Shown here: positions 17,541 to 27,762 of the stretch, one piece after another
How the letters are laid out: the number at the start of each line of letters is the position of its first letter
Position numbering within the stretch: the first letter of the stretch is position 1
Assembly: GCF_000247565.1 (NCBI RefSeq)
Contig: NC_016893.1
Span: forward strand, 300,001-332,000
DNA: 32,000 nt
Reading direction: 5' to 3'
Origin: Wigglesworthia glossinidia endosymbiont of Glossina morsitans morsitans (Yale colony)
Lineage (GTDB): Bacteria > Pseudomonadota > Gammaproteobacteria > Enterobacterales > Enterobacteriaceae
Position numbers and translations under genes: made by a program
The notes under the pieces: generated by a model
What the model saw: only the letters and a program-made list of their open reading frames with translations
Told to the model about the DNA's origin: nothing
Database searches by the model: none

Positions 17541-20102
17541 TTATTGTTTTTTTATATTTGATAAATCATTAATATGTTCAACTACTCTTTGCAGACCAAC
17601 TACGTTATTTTCTTTTGAAATTCTTATTAGTCTAACACCATGTGTATTTCTACCGACAATGTTTACTTCAGATACCCTAGTACGCACTAAAGTGCCAGAA
17701 TCTGTAATAATCATAATTTGATCATAATCATTTACTTGGACAGCGCCTACTACTTTGCCGTTACGCTTACTTACTTTAATTGAAATCACTCCTTGAATAG
17801 CACGTGATTTTTTTGGATATTCTGATTGGTTAGTACGTTTCCCATATCCATATTGTGTAACTGTTAATATTGGACTATTCCCTTTTGGAATAATTAATGA
17901 AACTACTCGATCTCCTGGAAGTAAACTGATACCTTTGACTCCACTTGCAGTACGTCCCATATTTCTTACTTGACTTTCAGAGAATCGTACTACTTTGCCA
18001 TATTCTGAAAACAACATAACTTCTTGGCTTCCATCAGTTAAATCTACGCCGATTAATTTATCTCCTGCATTTAAATTAACTGCAATTATACCGGAATTTC
18101 TAGGACGACTAAATTCGCTTAAAGAAGTTTTTTTTACTATTCCGCTTGCAGTTGCCATAAAAACATATTTTTCTTTTTCATGTTTATGCACTGGTAAAAT
18201 AGCAGTAATATATTCTTTTGGTTCTAATGGCAATAAATTTATTATAGGTTTTCCACTAGATCCTCGATTAGTTTCGGGAAGTTGAAAAATTTTCATCCAA
18301 TATACTCTGCCACGACTAGAAAATAATAAAATACTATCATGTGTATTTGCTACTAAAAATCTTTCAATAAAATCTTTTTCTTTAATACTAGTTGCTGATT
18401 TACCTTTACCTCCACGATGTTGCGCTTCGTAATCTTTTAATGGTTGGTATTTTACATAACCTTGATGGGATAAAGTTACTACTACGTCTTTTTTATTAAT
18501 TAAATCTTCTATATTGATATTAACAGGTTCTTGAATAATTTTGGTGCGTCTTGGATCTTTATATTCTTCTTTTAAAAGAACTAGTTCTCTCCGAATTTCA
18601 TCTAATAATTTTTTGGGATATTTTAAAATTTGTTTTAAATAATATGATTTTTGTGTTAAATTTTTATATTCTGTAATTAATTTTTTTTGTTCTAGCTTAA
18701 CAAGTTTGTGCAAACGTAAATCAAGAATTGCTTGTGCTTGATTTTTAGTCATATAATAATGGGTACTTTTTAAGAAAGTATCGTGTAACTTTTTATTTTT
18801 TTTAAAATGTGATATTAATTGATTTTTCATTAATACTTCAGAAAAATTAGTCAAGTTCCATGTATAAGAAGTTAAACGTTTTTGCGCTTCTTCTAAAGAA
18901 GTTGATTTTTTTACTAAATTAATTACTGTATTAACATTTAATAACGCAATAAAAAAAGACTCTAGTATATGCATACGATCATTTATTTTTTTTAATTCAA
19001 AATTAGTACGACGGGTAATAATAATACGACGATGCTTTAAAAAAGCAGATAATATCTTTTTTAAAGACAAGACTTTCGGTTGTCCATGATGCAAAGCAAC
19101 CATATTAATTCCAAAAGATACTTGTAATGGAGTTAATGAATATAAATTATTTAATACTATCTCTCCAACTGTATCACGTTTAATTTCTACTACAATACGC
19201 ATACCTTCTCGGTCTGATTCATCTCTTAGAGCGCTAATTCCTTCAATTCGTTTTTCTTTTACTAAATCAGCAATTTTTTCAATTAATCGAATTTTATTGA
19301 CTTGATATGGTATTTCATAAATAATAATTGATTCTTTTCCAGTTCTATTATCAGCTAATATTTTAGCAGAAGCACGAATATAAATTTTTCCACGTCCACT
19401 AGTATATGCATCTTGAATACCTTCTGATCCATATATAACACCATAAGTTGGAAAATCTGGACCAGGTAAATGTTTCATCAAGTCTAATACACTAATATGC
19501 TTATTTTCTAAATAAGCTAAACATGCGTTAATTACTTCTCCTATATTGTGCGGTGGTATGTTCGTAGCCATTCCCACAGCAATTCCCGAAGATCCATTTA
19601 ATAACAAATTTGGTATTTTTGTCGGCATAATTTCTGGCATGTATTCTGTATCATCATAGTTTGCAATATAATTTACTGTATCTTTTTCTAAATCTGTCAA
19701 AATTTCATGAGCAATTTTGGATAATTTGATTTCTGTATATCTCATCGCCGCTGCAGCGTCACCGTCAATTGAACCAAAATTTCCTTGACCATCAATCAAT
19801 GTATACCTTAAAGAAAACTTTTGCGCCATACGCACAATAGTATCATATACTGCTGTGTCTCCATGAGGATGATATTTTCCAATAACATTTCCGACGATAC
19901 GTGCTGATTTTTTATACGGTTTATTCCAGTCATTATTGATAGTTTTCATCGCAAATAAAATTCTACGATGAACTGGTTTTAGCCCGTCACGTACATCAGG
20001 TAAAGCACGTCCAATAATCACGGACATCGCATAATCTAAATATGAACGTTTTAATTCTTCTTCTATATTAATTTTTAGTATTTTTTTGTTATTATCATTC
20101 AT
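17541..20102 (-). CDS. gyrA: DNA gyrase subunit A
   Basis: 853 aa. Contains [45 protein letters not shown] and AAAMRYTE (active-site Tyr), with C-terminal beta-pinwheel repeats. Divergent from ubiG, as in E. coli. Confidence 0.97.
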   Translation of the reverse strand: MNDNNKKILKINIEEELKRSYLDYAMSVIIGRALPDVRDGLKPVHRRILFAMKTINNDWNKPYKKSARIVGNVIGKYHPHGDTAVYDTIVRMAQKFSLRYTLIDGQGNFGSIDGDAAAAMRYTEIKLSKIAHEILTDLEKDTVNYIANYDDTEYMPEIMPTKIPNLLLNGSSGIAVGMATNIPPHNIGEVINACLAYLENKHISVLDLMKHLPGPDFPTYGVIYGSEGIQDAYTSGRGKIYIRASAKILADNRTGKESIIIYEIPYQVNKIRLIEKIADLVKEKRIEGISALRDESDREGMRIVVEIKRDTVGEIVLNNLYSLTPLQVSFGINMVALHHGQPKVLSLKKILSAFLKHRRIIITRRTNFELKKINDRMHILESFFIALLNVNTVINLVKKSTSLEEAQKRLTSYTWNLTNFSEVLMKNQLISHFKKNKKLHDTFLKSTHYYMTKNQAQAILDLRLHKLVKLEQKKLITEYKNLTQKSYYLKQILKYPKKLLDEIRRELVLLKEEYKDPRRTKIIQEPVNINIEDLINKKDVVVTLSHQGYVKYQPLKDYEAQHRGGKGKSATSIKEKDFIERFLVANTHDSILLFSSRGRVYWMKIFQLPETNRGSSGKPIINLLPLEPKEYITAILPVHKHEKEKYVFMATASGIVKKTSLSEFSRPRNSGIIAVNLNAGDKLIGVDLTDGSQEVMLFSEYGKVVRFSESQVRNMGRTASGVKGISLLPGDRVVSLIIPKGNSPILTVTQYGYGKRTNQSEYPKKSRAIQGVISIKVSKRNGKVVGAVQVNDYDQIMIITDSGTLVRTRVSEVNIVGRNTHGVRLIRISKENNVVGLQRVVEHINDLSNIKKQ

Positions 20103-20260
20103 AATTCATCTCGATTAATAATTTTTATTCAATTAAGTCAAAATTACGCTTAAATTTCATTATAACATTTTTTTTATTTAAAAAAGTATTGCATAATTAA
20201 TCTTATTTAATAATAATTTTTTAAAAGTTAATTTCTCAATTTATTATAAAATATAAAATT

Positions 20261-20962
20261 ATGTTTAAAAAAATAAATTTTTTAAAAAATTCTAATTTTG
20301 ATGATATGGCATCTAAATGGTGGGATATAAATGGAATATCAAAATTTTTACATTTAATGAATCCACTGAGAACACAATATATCACTAATGCTTCTCAAGG
20401 AATTTTTGAAAAAAAAATATTAGATATTGGATGTGGAGCAGGAATTTTGTCTGAAAGCTTATGTAATGCAGGCGGAATAGTTACTGGACTAGATATCAGT
20501 AGTAACATGATACATGAAGCACGTATGCATGCAAAAATTAAAAATTTAAATATTCGATATGTTAATGAAAATGTATTAGCACATATTAAAAATCATATAC
20601 AATATTATGACACAATTGTTTGTATGGAAGTTTTGGAACATACTCGTCATCCTATGGAAATAGTACATATATGTTCACAACTTATAAAACCAGGAGGAGA
20701 TATATTTTTTTCGACTATTAGTCGTACTTTGATTTCTTTTTTTACTATAATTTTTTTAGCAGAGTATTTATTTCGATTTATACCAATTAAAACGCATAGT
20801 TTTGCACAATTTATTACTCCATGTGAATTGCTTGCTTGGTTAGATAATACTGGTCTAAAAGCGCAAGATATTATTGGTATAAAATATAATCCATGTACAA
20901 GAAATTTCTACTTATCTCCGAACGTCAATACAAATTATATAATACATGCACGTTTATTATAA
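20261..20962 (+). CDS. ubiG: Ubiquinone biosynthesis O-methyltransferase (3-demethylubiquinol 3-O-methyltransferase)
   Basis: 233 aa. WWDINGISKFLHLMNPLR, ILDIGCGAGILSE (SAM motif), CMEVLEHTRHP, KPGGDIFFSTI and GIKYNP are collinear with E. coli UbiG. Confidence 0.93.
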   Translation: MFKKINFLKNSNFDDMASKWWDINGISKFLHLMNPLRTQYITNASQGIFEKKILDIGCGAGILSESLCNAGGIVTGLDISSNMIHEARMHAKIKNLNIRYVNENVLAHIKNHIQYYDTIVCMEVLEHTRHPMEIVHICSQLIKPGGDIFFSTISRTLISFFTIIFLAEYLFRFIPIKTHSFAQFITPCELLAWLDNTGLKAQDIIGIKYNPCTRNFYLSPNVNTNYIIHARLL

Positions 20963-20964
20963 TA

Positions 20965-22062
20965 CTATATAATTAGTTGATTTAAAACACATCTTAAAGG
21001 TTCAGCAGCTCCCCATAACAATTGATCTCCTACAGTAAAAATAGAAAGATATTTATTACCTATGCTTAATTTTCTTATACGACCAATTGCAATATATAAC
21101 GAGCCTGATACACTTACGGGAGTAAGGTCATTGATTATTTTTTCTGGATCATCCGGTATTATTTTTACCCAAGCATTATGATTAGATAAAATTTGTTCTA
21201 TTTCTAAAATAGAAACATTTTTTTTTAATTTTATTGTAAACGATTGACTATGACATCTAAGTGAACCTACACGTACGCAAGTACCATCTATAGGAATAAC
21301 ATGATTTAAATTAAGAATTTTAAAAACTTCTTCTTGATATTTTTTTTCTTCCAAGCTTTGTTGAAATTTAATTTTTTTTCCAATCCAAGGCATAATATTA
21401 TATGCTAAAATAGAATTTTGAAAAATGTTTTTATTTTTTATTAGTTTATGTATCTTATTTTCTATCTTCAAAATATCAAAAGCTGGGTTATTTAATTTAT
21501 TTCCTAATAAACTATGTATTTTATTAATTTGTAACAATAATTTACGTGTATAATTTGAACCTGCTCCAGTAGCAGCCTGATATGTGGCAACCGAAACCCA
21601 TTCAATCAATTTTTTTTCAAATAATCCTCCTAATGCAATTAACATTAAACTGACAGAACAATTACTTCCTATAAAATCTTTATATCCTTGAAATATTTTT
21701 TTTTTAACTATACTACGATTAACCGGTTCTAAAACAATACATGAATTTTGATGCATGCGTAATATAGAAGCAGAATCGATCCAATATCCTTGCCAATTTA
21801 ATTTTCTTAGTCTATTATGTATAATTTTAGTATATGAGTTGCCTTGGCAACTAACAATAATATCTAATTCAATTAATATTTCTAAATTAAATGCATGATA
21901 AATAAAATTTAATTTATTATTAATAATAGTTTTATACCGTCCATTTTGTGATGAAGAAAAAAAAACTGGTCGAATATACTTAAAGTCATTTTCTTCTTGC
22001 ATGCGTTGAATTAAAACTGATCCAACTAAACCTCGCCAACCTATAAAACCAACATATTTCAT
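20965..22062 (-). CDS. asd: Aspartate-semialdehyde dehydrogenase
   Basis: 365 aa. MKYVGFIGWRGLVGSVLIQRM, GSNCSVSLML (active-site Cys), VSVATYQAATGAG, RCHSQSFTIKLKK and VGDQLLWGAAEPLR are collinear with E. coli Asd (367 aa). Confidence 0.96.
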   Translation of the reverse strand: MKYVGFIGWRGLVGSVLIQRMQEENDFKYIRPVFFSSSQNGRYKTIINNKLNFIYHAFNLEILIELDIIVSCQGNSYTKIIHNRLRKLNWQGYWIDSASILRMHQNSCIVLEPVNRSIVKKKIFQGYKDFIGSNCSVSLMLIALGGLFEKKLIEWVSVATYQAATGAGSNYTRKLLLQINKIHSLLGNKLNNPAFDILKIENKIHKLIKNKNIFQNSILAYNIMPWIGKKIKFQQSLEEKKYQEEVFKILNLNHVIPIDGTCVRVGSLRCHSQSFTIKLKKNVSILEIEQILSNHNAWVKIIPDDPEKIINDLTPVSVSGSLYIAIGRIRKLSIGNKYLSIFTVGDQLLWGAAEPLRCVLNQLII

Positions 22063-22149
22063 GATCTAATGTCTCTTTTATATCTTTAAGTTATTTAGTA
22101 ATTAATTTTTAATTAAACATATTAAAACATATAAAACATAGGAAATTAT

Positions 22150-22746
22150 ATGAATCAATTATTGTCAAATGTCATTTGGTTATTTTTTATAATAGATCCT
22201 TTTGGTAATTTACCAATAGTTATATCTATGTTGCATAAATATGATAGTAAAAAACAACGTAGCATTATAGTAAGAGAAATGTTAATTGCATTAATTTTTA
22301 TGACATTATTTTTATTTTTTGGAAAAACTTTATTATCTATTTTTAATCTTAAAATAGAAATTGTTTCTATTTCCGGAGGTATTATTTTATTTTTAATGGC
22401 AATTAAGATGATTTTTCAAGATAATTATACCTCTACAGAACTAAAAAAAATCAACAAAATCCCATTTGTAGTTCCGATAGCTGTGCCTTTATTAGCAGGT
22501 CCTGGAATATTTTCAACATTAATTTTCTTATCTCAAAAAGAACAAAATAATAATTTAAACATTTTTTTTGCTCTTATTATTGCTTGGTGTGTATCTTTAT
22601 TAGTTTTTTTATTTTTTATTACTATTTTTAAGTTATTTAATAACAAAGGAGTTAATGAATTAGAGAGATTTATGGGATTATTATTAATTATGTTATCTAT
22701 TCAAATGTTTTTAGATGGTATAAAAAATTATTTTCATATTTTTTAA
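22150..22746 (+). CDS. yhgN: MarC-family (UPF0056) inner-membrane protein YhgN
   Basis: 198 aa and polytopic. IIDPFGNLPI, IVREMLIAL, VSISGGIILFLMAIKMIF, PLLAGPG, KGVNELERFMGLLLIM and QMFLDGI match E. coli YhgN. Divergent from asd, as in E. coli. Confidence 0.88.
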   Translation: MNQLLSNVIWLFFIIDPFGNLPIVISMLHKYDSKKQRSIIVREMLIALIFMTLFLFFGKTLLSIFNLKIEIVSISGGIILFLMAIKMIFQDNYTSTELKKINKIPFVVPIAVPLLAGPGIFSTLIFLSQKEQNNNLNIFFALIIAWCVSLLVFLFFITIFKLFNNKGVNELERFMGLLLIMLSIQMFLDGIKNYFHIF

Positions 22747-22760
22747 TATATTAAATTATT

Positions 22761-24206
22761 TTATGTTCTTGTTTTTTGAGGTGTACGTAAAGTAGGAAAA
22801 AATATTACATCTCTAATATTCGTATTATTTGTTAATAACATAATAAATCGATCTATTCCGATTCCGCATCCAGCTGTAGGAGGTAATCCGTATTCTAAAG
22901 CTAATAGATAATTTGCATCATATTGCATAAATATTTTTTCTCCTAATTTTTTATTTTTTTCTTGTTGTAAGAATCTTGTTTTTTGCTCTTTTGGATCATT
23001 TAATTCAGAAAATCCATTTCCAATTTCGTTACCATTGATAAATAATTCAAATCGCTCTGTCAAAAAATTATTATCATTTTTGCATTTAGCTAGTGGCGAA
23101 ACTTCTGTAGGATAATCAAAAATAAAAGTTGGCTGAATTAAATGACTTTGTATTATTTCTGAAAAAATTATTTCTTGCAATTTTCCAATTCCCCATTGAC
23201 TATTAATTTGAATATTAAATTTTTTAGCAATATGAGTAATTTTTTTTAAATCGTTTAGATCTGTATTTTTAATATCAGAATGATATTTACAAATCGCATC
23301 TTGCATGCTTATTTTGTGAAATGGAGGCTTAAAATTTAATAAAATACTTTTATATTCAATTGTATATCGATTAAAAAGTTTTTTTACAACAGAACTTATT
23401 AGATTTTCTACAATTGTCATCAAATCTTGATAATCAATATATACAGCATAAAATTCCATCATGGTAAATTCTGGATTATGATTAATAGAGATACCTTCAT
23501 TTCTAAAATTACGATTAATTTCAAATATTTTTTCAAAACCGCCAATAATTAATTGTTTTAAATACAGCTCTGGAGCAATTCGCAGATATAAATTCATATT
23601 TAATGCATTATGATGTGTAATAAAAGGTTTAGCCAACCCTCCTCCTGAGATTTTATGCATCATAGGAGTTTCGACTTCAATAAAATTTAAATCTATCATA
23701 TGATTCCTAATACAATTTACGATTTTTGAACGCATTTTAAATGTATTTTTTGATTTTTTATTCATAATAAGATCTAAGTATCTTTGTCTATAGCGGATTT
23801 CTTGATTAGATAATTCTTGAAATTTGTTTGGTAAATGTTTAGTAGATCTTACTAAAGATACAACTGTATTGCATTTTATGGATAGTTCTTGAGTGTTTGT
23901 TTTAAATAATATTCCTTTTACTCCTATGATATCTCCGTGATTTAAATTTTTTAAAATTTCTTTATATTTTTTGTTTGTAATGTTTTTTTCTGCAATATAT
24001 AATTGTATTTTCGCATGTATATTTTGAATAACTAAAAATGAAGCTTTCCCCATAATACGTTTAAATATTAAACGTCCTGCAACTTTTACAGTAATATTTT
24101 TCATTTCTAATTCTGATTTAGAAAAATTTGAATAGCATTTATTTATTTTTTGTATACTAATATTTTGTCTAAAATTATTAGGAAAATCTACTTTTGTTTT
24201 GTTCAT
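22761..24206 (-). CDS. lysS: Lysyl-tRNA synthetase, class II
   Basis: 481 aa. Contains VAGRLIFKRIMGKASF, RYRQRYLDLI, FIEVETPMM, FITHHNALNMNLYLRIAPELYLK, FEINRNFRNEGIS.NHNPEFTMMEFY, ELNDP and GLPPTAGCGIGIDR. Lies downstream of prfB, as in E. coli. Confidence 0.96.
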   Translation of the reverse strand: MNKTKVDFPNNFRQNISIQKINKCYSNFSKSELEMKNITVKVAGRLIFKRIMGKASFLVIQNIHAKIQLYIAEKNITNKKYKEILKNLNHGDIIGVKGILFKTNTQELSIKCNTVVSLVRSTKHLPNKFQELSNQEIRYRQRYLDLIMNKKSKNTFKMRSKIVNCIRNHMIDLNFIEVETPMMHKISGGGLAKPFITHHNALNMNLYLRIAPELYLKQLIIGGFEKIFEINRNFRNEGISINHNPEFTMMEFYAVYIDYQDLMTIVENLISSVVKKLFNRYTIEYKSILLNFKPPFHKISMQDAICKYHSDIKNTDLNDLKKITHIAKKFNIQINSQWGIGKLQEIIFSEIIQSHLIQPTFIFDYPTEVSPLAKCKNDNNFLTERFELFINGNEIGNGFSELNDPKEQKTRFLQQEKNKKLGEKIFMQYDANYLLALEYGLPPTAGCGIGIDRFIMLLTNNTNIRDVIFFPTLRTPQKTRT

Positions 24207-24315
24207 TATATGTGATATCGAAAGATAATAAATAGTTTCAAGATTTATTGATTTACAAAAATTTAAGATAGCATATAAATTTTATATAATACATCAAAGT
24301 TTTATTGAATAATTA

Positions 24316-25357
24316 TTAAATATTAAATTTTAAATTGCTTTTAATAAAAACATCCAAGTCTCCATCTAAAATAGATTGCACTCGATTAGATACGACGCCA
24401 CTTCGCAAATCTTTTACTCGCGAATTATCAAAAACATACGATCGAATTTGATTTCCCCAAGCAATTTTTGATTTAGACTGTTCTAAAATTTTTTTATTTG
24501 CGTTTTTTTTTATCATTTCTAAATTATATAATTTAGATTTTAATTGTTTAATGGCTTGTTCTTTATTTTTATGTTGAGAACGTCCGTTTTGACATTGCGT
24601 ACTGATATTAGTCGGTAAATGTGTTATTCTCACTGCAGATTCAGTACGATTTACATGTTGTCCGCCGGCTCCAGAAGCTCGATAAACATCGATTCGGATG
24701 TCTGCAAAATTAATATTTATTTTAATATTTTGATCAATATCGGGATATACAAAAACAGATGCAAATGACGTATGACGTTTTTTACCGGAATCAAATGGAC
24801 TTTTTCGAACTAAACGATGTATTCCGGTTTCATTTTTTAACCAACCATAAGCGTATTTTCCAGAAATTTTAATTGTAGCTGATTTAATTCCGGCTATTTC
24901 TGCATCAGATTTATCAATAATTTTTGTTTTAAAATTTTTACGATCAGCCCATTTTAAATACATTCTTAATAAAATTTTTGCCCAATCTTGGGCATCTATC
25001 CCTCCAGATCCTGGCTGCAAATCTATGTAGCAATTTTCACAATCATGTTTTTTAGAAAAAATATAAGTTAGTTCGATTTCATTGATTTCTTTATTTAAAA
25101 GGTAAATATCTTTTTTAATTTCCAATAAAGTATCGGTATCGTGTTCTTGAACAGCAAGATTGTGCAATATTTCAGTATCTTTAATTTTATTTTTTAAATG
25201 CTCAATAGAACGGTTGATTTTTTTTGATTGTAGATTTTCGTGATTAATTTTTTCTCTAAATTTATTTTTTTTCTTTTTTTTGTCAAAGATACTCTTGTAA
25301 AAATTTTATACGTTTGATACAAGAAAATATTTCTTTTTTTGTTAAAAAAGTTTCCAT
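24316..25357 (-). CDS. prfB: Peptide chain release factor 2, with the programmed +1 ribosomal frameshift (24 codons in frame 0, then in-frame UGA at 25285..25283, then 322 codons in the +1 frame from 25284)
   Basis: The track ORF 24316..25167 carries SPF (RKSPFDS) and GGQ ([13 protein letters not shown]). Upstream on the minus strand, ATG at 25357 gives [24 protein letters not shown] followed by TGA within TAT CTT TGA C. Reading from GAC in the +1 frame runs uninterrupted into the track ORF ([17 protein letters not shown]...[10 protein letters not shown]). Confidence 0.93.
25282..25297 (-). promoter_or_regulatory. prfB autoregulatory +1 frameshift site (CAAGAG TAT CTT TGA C)
   Basis: The minus-strand sequence caagagtatctttgac was read directly. 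The core UAU CUU UGA C is identical to the E. coli RF2 recoding site. The E. coli upstream AGGGGG element is CAAGAG here. Confidence 0.88.
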
Positions 25358-25435
25358 AATATATTAAGTATATAAAAAAACAAAAATTATAACATTTTTA
25401 ATTTAATATTCAATAAAAAATTGATTTTTAATATA

Positions 25436-27170
25436 TCACAATGGAAGTAAATGTATAATTATGAGTTGTAAACTATAATAACTTTCGTACTTATGAATAT
25501 TTAATTTATAAGCTATTAATGCCATATCAATTTTTTTATTTGGCCATATTGACAAATCACAGTTAAATAAAATTCCATTTAATATTGGACCACCAAATAT
25601 AGATTTAATTTGTATTTTTAAATGACATTTTCCTATTATATGTTGTTTAAGAACATAAAATTTTCCATCAAAAATAGGATAAGGAAATTGATTACCCCAG
25701 GGAGCAGAAAGCAAAATTAATTTTGCAGTTTTCAAAGAACATTCATGTGGATATAGTTCTCCGTCAGACCAAAGAATCTTTTTTAAAGACATACCAATTA
25801 ATTTTGATTTCACTAATTTTAGAAAAATTTTTTTAAATGCATCTAAATTACAATATTTAATCACTAAACCAGCGGCTGTTTTATGGCCTCCGAATGATAT
25901 AATAAGTTTCGGATGTAACTTATTTAATTCATATAGTAAATTTCTTATATTAATTTCTGCAATAGATCTTACTGATCCTTTTAATAAATTATTTTTAGTT
26001 TTTGCAAATACTACAGTAGTACAATAAAAGTGTTCTCTAATGCGAGCTGCTACGATCCCTGATATACCTTCATGCCAATTTTTATCATATAGTACAAATC
26101 CTGAAATATTTTGTTTATTAAGTTTTGCTTCATGTTTACATGTCTTAATTGCTTGTTCTTCCGTAAAATGACTGATCAATTTTCTTTTTTTATTTAAAAA
26201 AAATAATTTTTTTACTATTGTAAAAGCATGTTCTATACTATCAGTAAGTAATAATGAGACTCCGATAGACATGTTTTTTAGTCTTCCAGCTACATTAATT
26301 ATTGGACTTAAGTAAAAACTGATATCTTCTGTAGATAAAACAGATATATCTAGTTTTAAAACGTCTATTAAAATTTGAATTCCAGTTCGACACTTTTTCG
26401 ATCGGATACGTTTTAATCCTTGATAAACCAAGATCCGATTATTTAAATCTAAAGGAACGCAGTCTGATATTGTGCCTAAAGCTACTAAATCTAAAAATTC
26501 GGCTAATTTAGGGATTTTAATTTTTTTTATTTTAAACCAATTATTTTGTATTAATACTTTGCGTAATGCAAGCATTAAGTAAAAAGCAACTCCTGATCCT
26601 GATAAACATTTTGAACGAAATTTACAATTTTTTAAATGAGGATTTACAATTGCGTGAGCGTTTGGTAATGTTGCGCATGGTAAATGATGATCTGTAATTA
26701 TGATTATCATACCTTTTTTTCGTGCTAATTCGACGCTTTTTAATGATGAAATTCCATGATCTACGGTAATAATAACATCACTTTTTTTTTTTTATAATAT
26801 TTAAGATTCTATGAGTCAATCCATAACCGTCTTTAAAACGATTAGGTATAATAAATTCTACGTATTTAGCACCCAATCTTAATAAGCACAATACTGATAG
26901 TGCTGTACCACATGCTCCATCTACGTCAAAATCTCCTACGACAATAATTTTTTTTCTTTGATATATTGCGTTTTTTAATATATAAGTCGCTTTATTAATA
27001 CCTGATAATTGTTGATAAGGTAGTAAATTCTTAGTTTTCCATTCAATTTCTTTAGTGGTTTTTATGCCTCTTTTTAAATATATTTGCTTTAAAATTGGAG
27101 GAATATTTTTATTTTTTATTTCTACGGATTCTTTTAAAGATCGACGAAGTATCGTGATTTGAGAATGCAT
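25436..27170 (-). CDS. recJ: Single-stranded-DNA-specific 5'-3' exonuclease RecJ, split into 130-aa and 424-aa ORFs by a frameshift inside an A12 tract. Either rescued by slippage or a young pseudogene.
   Basis: ORF 26778..27170 holds the RecJ N-terminus, including VVGDFDVDGACGTA (DHH motif I) and NRFKDGYGL. ORF 25436..26710 starts at IIIITDHHLP (the DHH motif) and continues collinear with E. coli RecJ. Between them, the downstream frame is open from 26791 and reads KKKSDVIITVDHGISSLKSVELARKKG. This matches E. coli LIVTVDNGISSHAGVEHARSLG. The two frames overlap only across the A12 run (T12 on the plus strand, 26782-26793). Eleven or fourteen A would give one ORF of about 577 aa, the length I recall for E. 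coli RecJ. Confidence 0.88.
26782..26793 (-). repeat. A12 homopolymer (T12 on the plus strand) at the recJ frameshift point
   Basis: Twelve consecutive T read on the plus strand (caCTTTTTTTTTTTTat). The upstream frame terminates at TGA 26780..26778, immediately after the run. Confidence 0.95.
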
Positions 27171-27352
27171 AAACTACTCCAATTTTTTTAAAAAGATAGA
27201 TAATTTTGTAATATTTAATTTGGATTTATATCATGAATTAAAATGGTATCTTTTTAAAAGATGAACTTATAAAAGTACTTTATTTTATTTAAATTTTGGA
27301 TTAAAAAAAATAAAGTGCATATGAAAATAAAGTGACAATTAGATTGAAAGCT

Positions 27353-27628
27353 TCACATAAAACGTTTATTAATTTTAGTTTCATGTATTACTGAAAATTT
27401 TTTTATTAAAATGACAATTTTATGAATATTTTTATTTTTTGGTATTTGATTGCAAATTAACCATTGGTATAAATAATTATCGTCATACATTAGCATTTTA
27501 AAAAAAAATTTTTTTTGTGATAGCTCTAATCCGTCAAATTTTTTTTTAAAAAAATTATTAATTATAATATCTAATTCTAACATACCACGTCTACATGCCC
27601 ATTGTATCATTGATTTTTTAGATTGCAT
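27353..27628 (-). CDS. sdhE: FAD assembly factor SdhE (YgfY/CptB), succinate dehydrogenase flavinylation factor
   Basis: 91 aa. IQWACRRGMLELDIIINNFF matches E. coli SdhE [20 protein letters not shown], and DDNYLYQWL matches DDPDLFNWL. Divergent from ygfZ, as in E. coli. Confidence 0.9.
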   Translation of the reverse strand: MQSKKSMIQWACRRGMLELDIIINNFFKKKFDGLELSQKKFFFKMLMYDDNYLYQWLICNQIPKNKNIHKIVILIKKFSVIHETKINKRFM

Positions 27629-27762
27629 AAAATTTTAATTTATTTAAATGTTTAATTTTATATTATTTTTCTTTATTTTTTAATTTAAAAAGTTAAGATG
27701 CTTAAATATATATGAAAAAAACTTTATAAACTACACAAAATTATAAATTTTAGGTTATTTTT

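Noticed and set aside
19840-19900. GyrA quinolone-resistance-determining region reads GDTAVYD (Thr where E. coli has Ser83)
   Set aside because: Thr at this position is the wild-type residue in several Gammaproteobacteria, for example Pseudomonas. Resistance substitutions are Leu, Trp, Ile or Ala. It is not evidence of resistance or of anything unusual.
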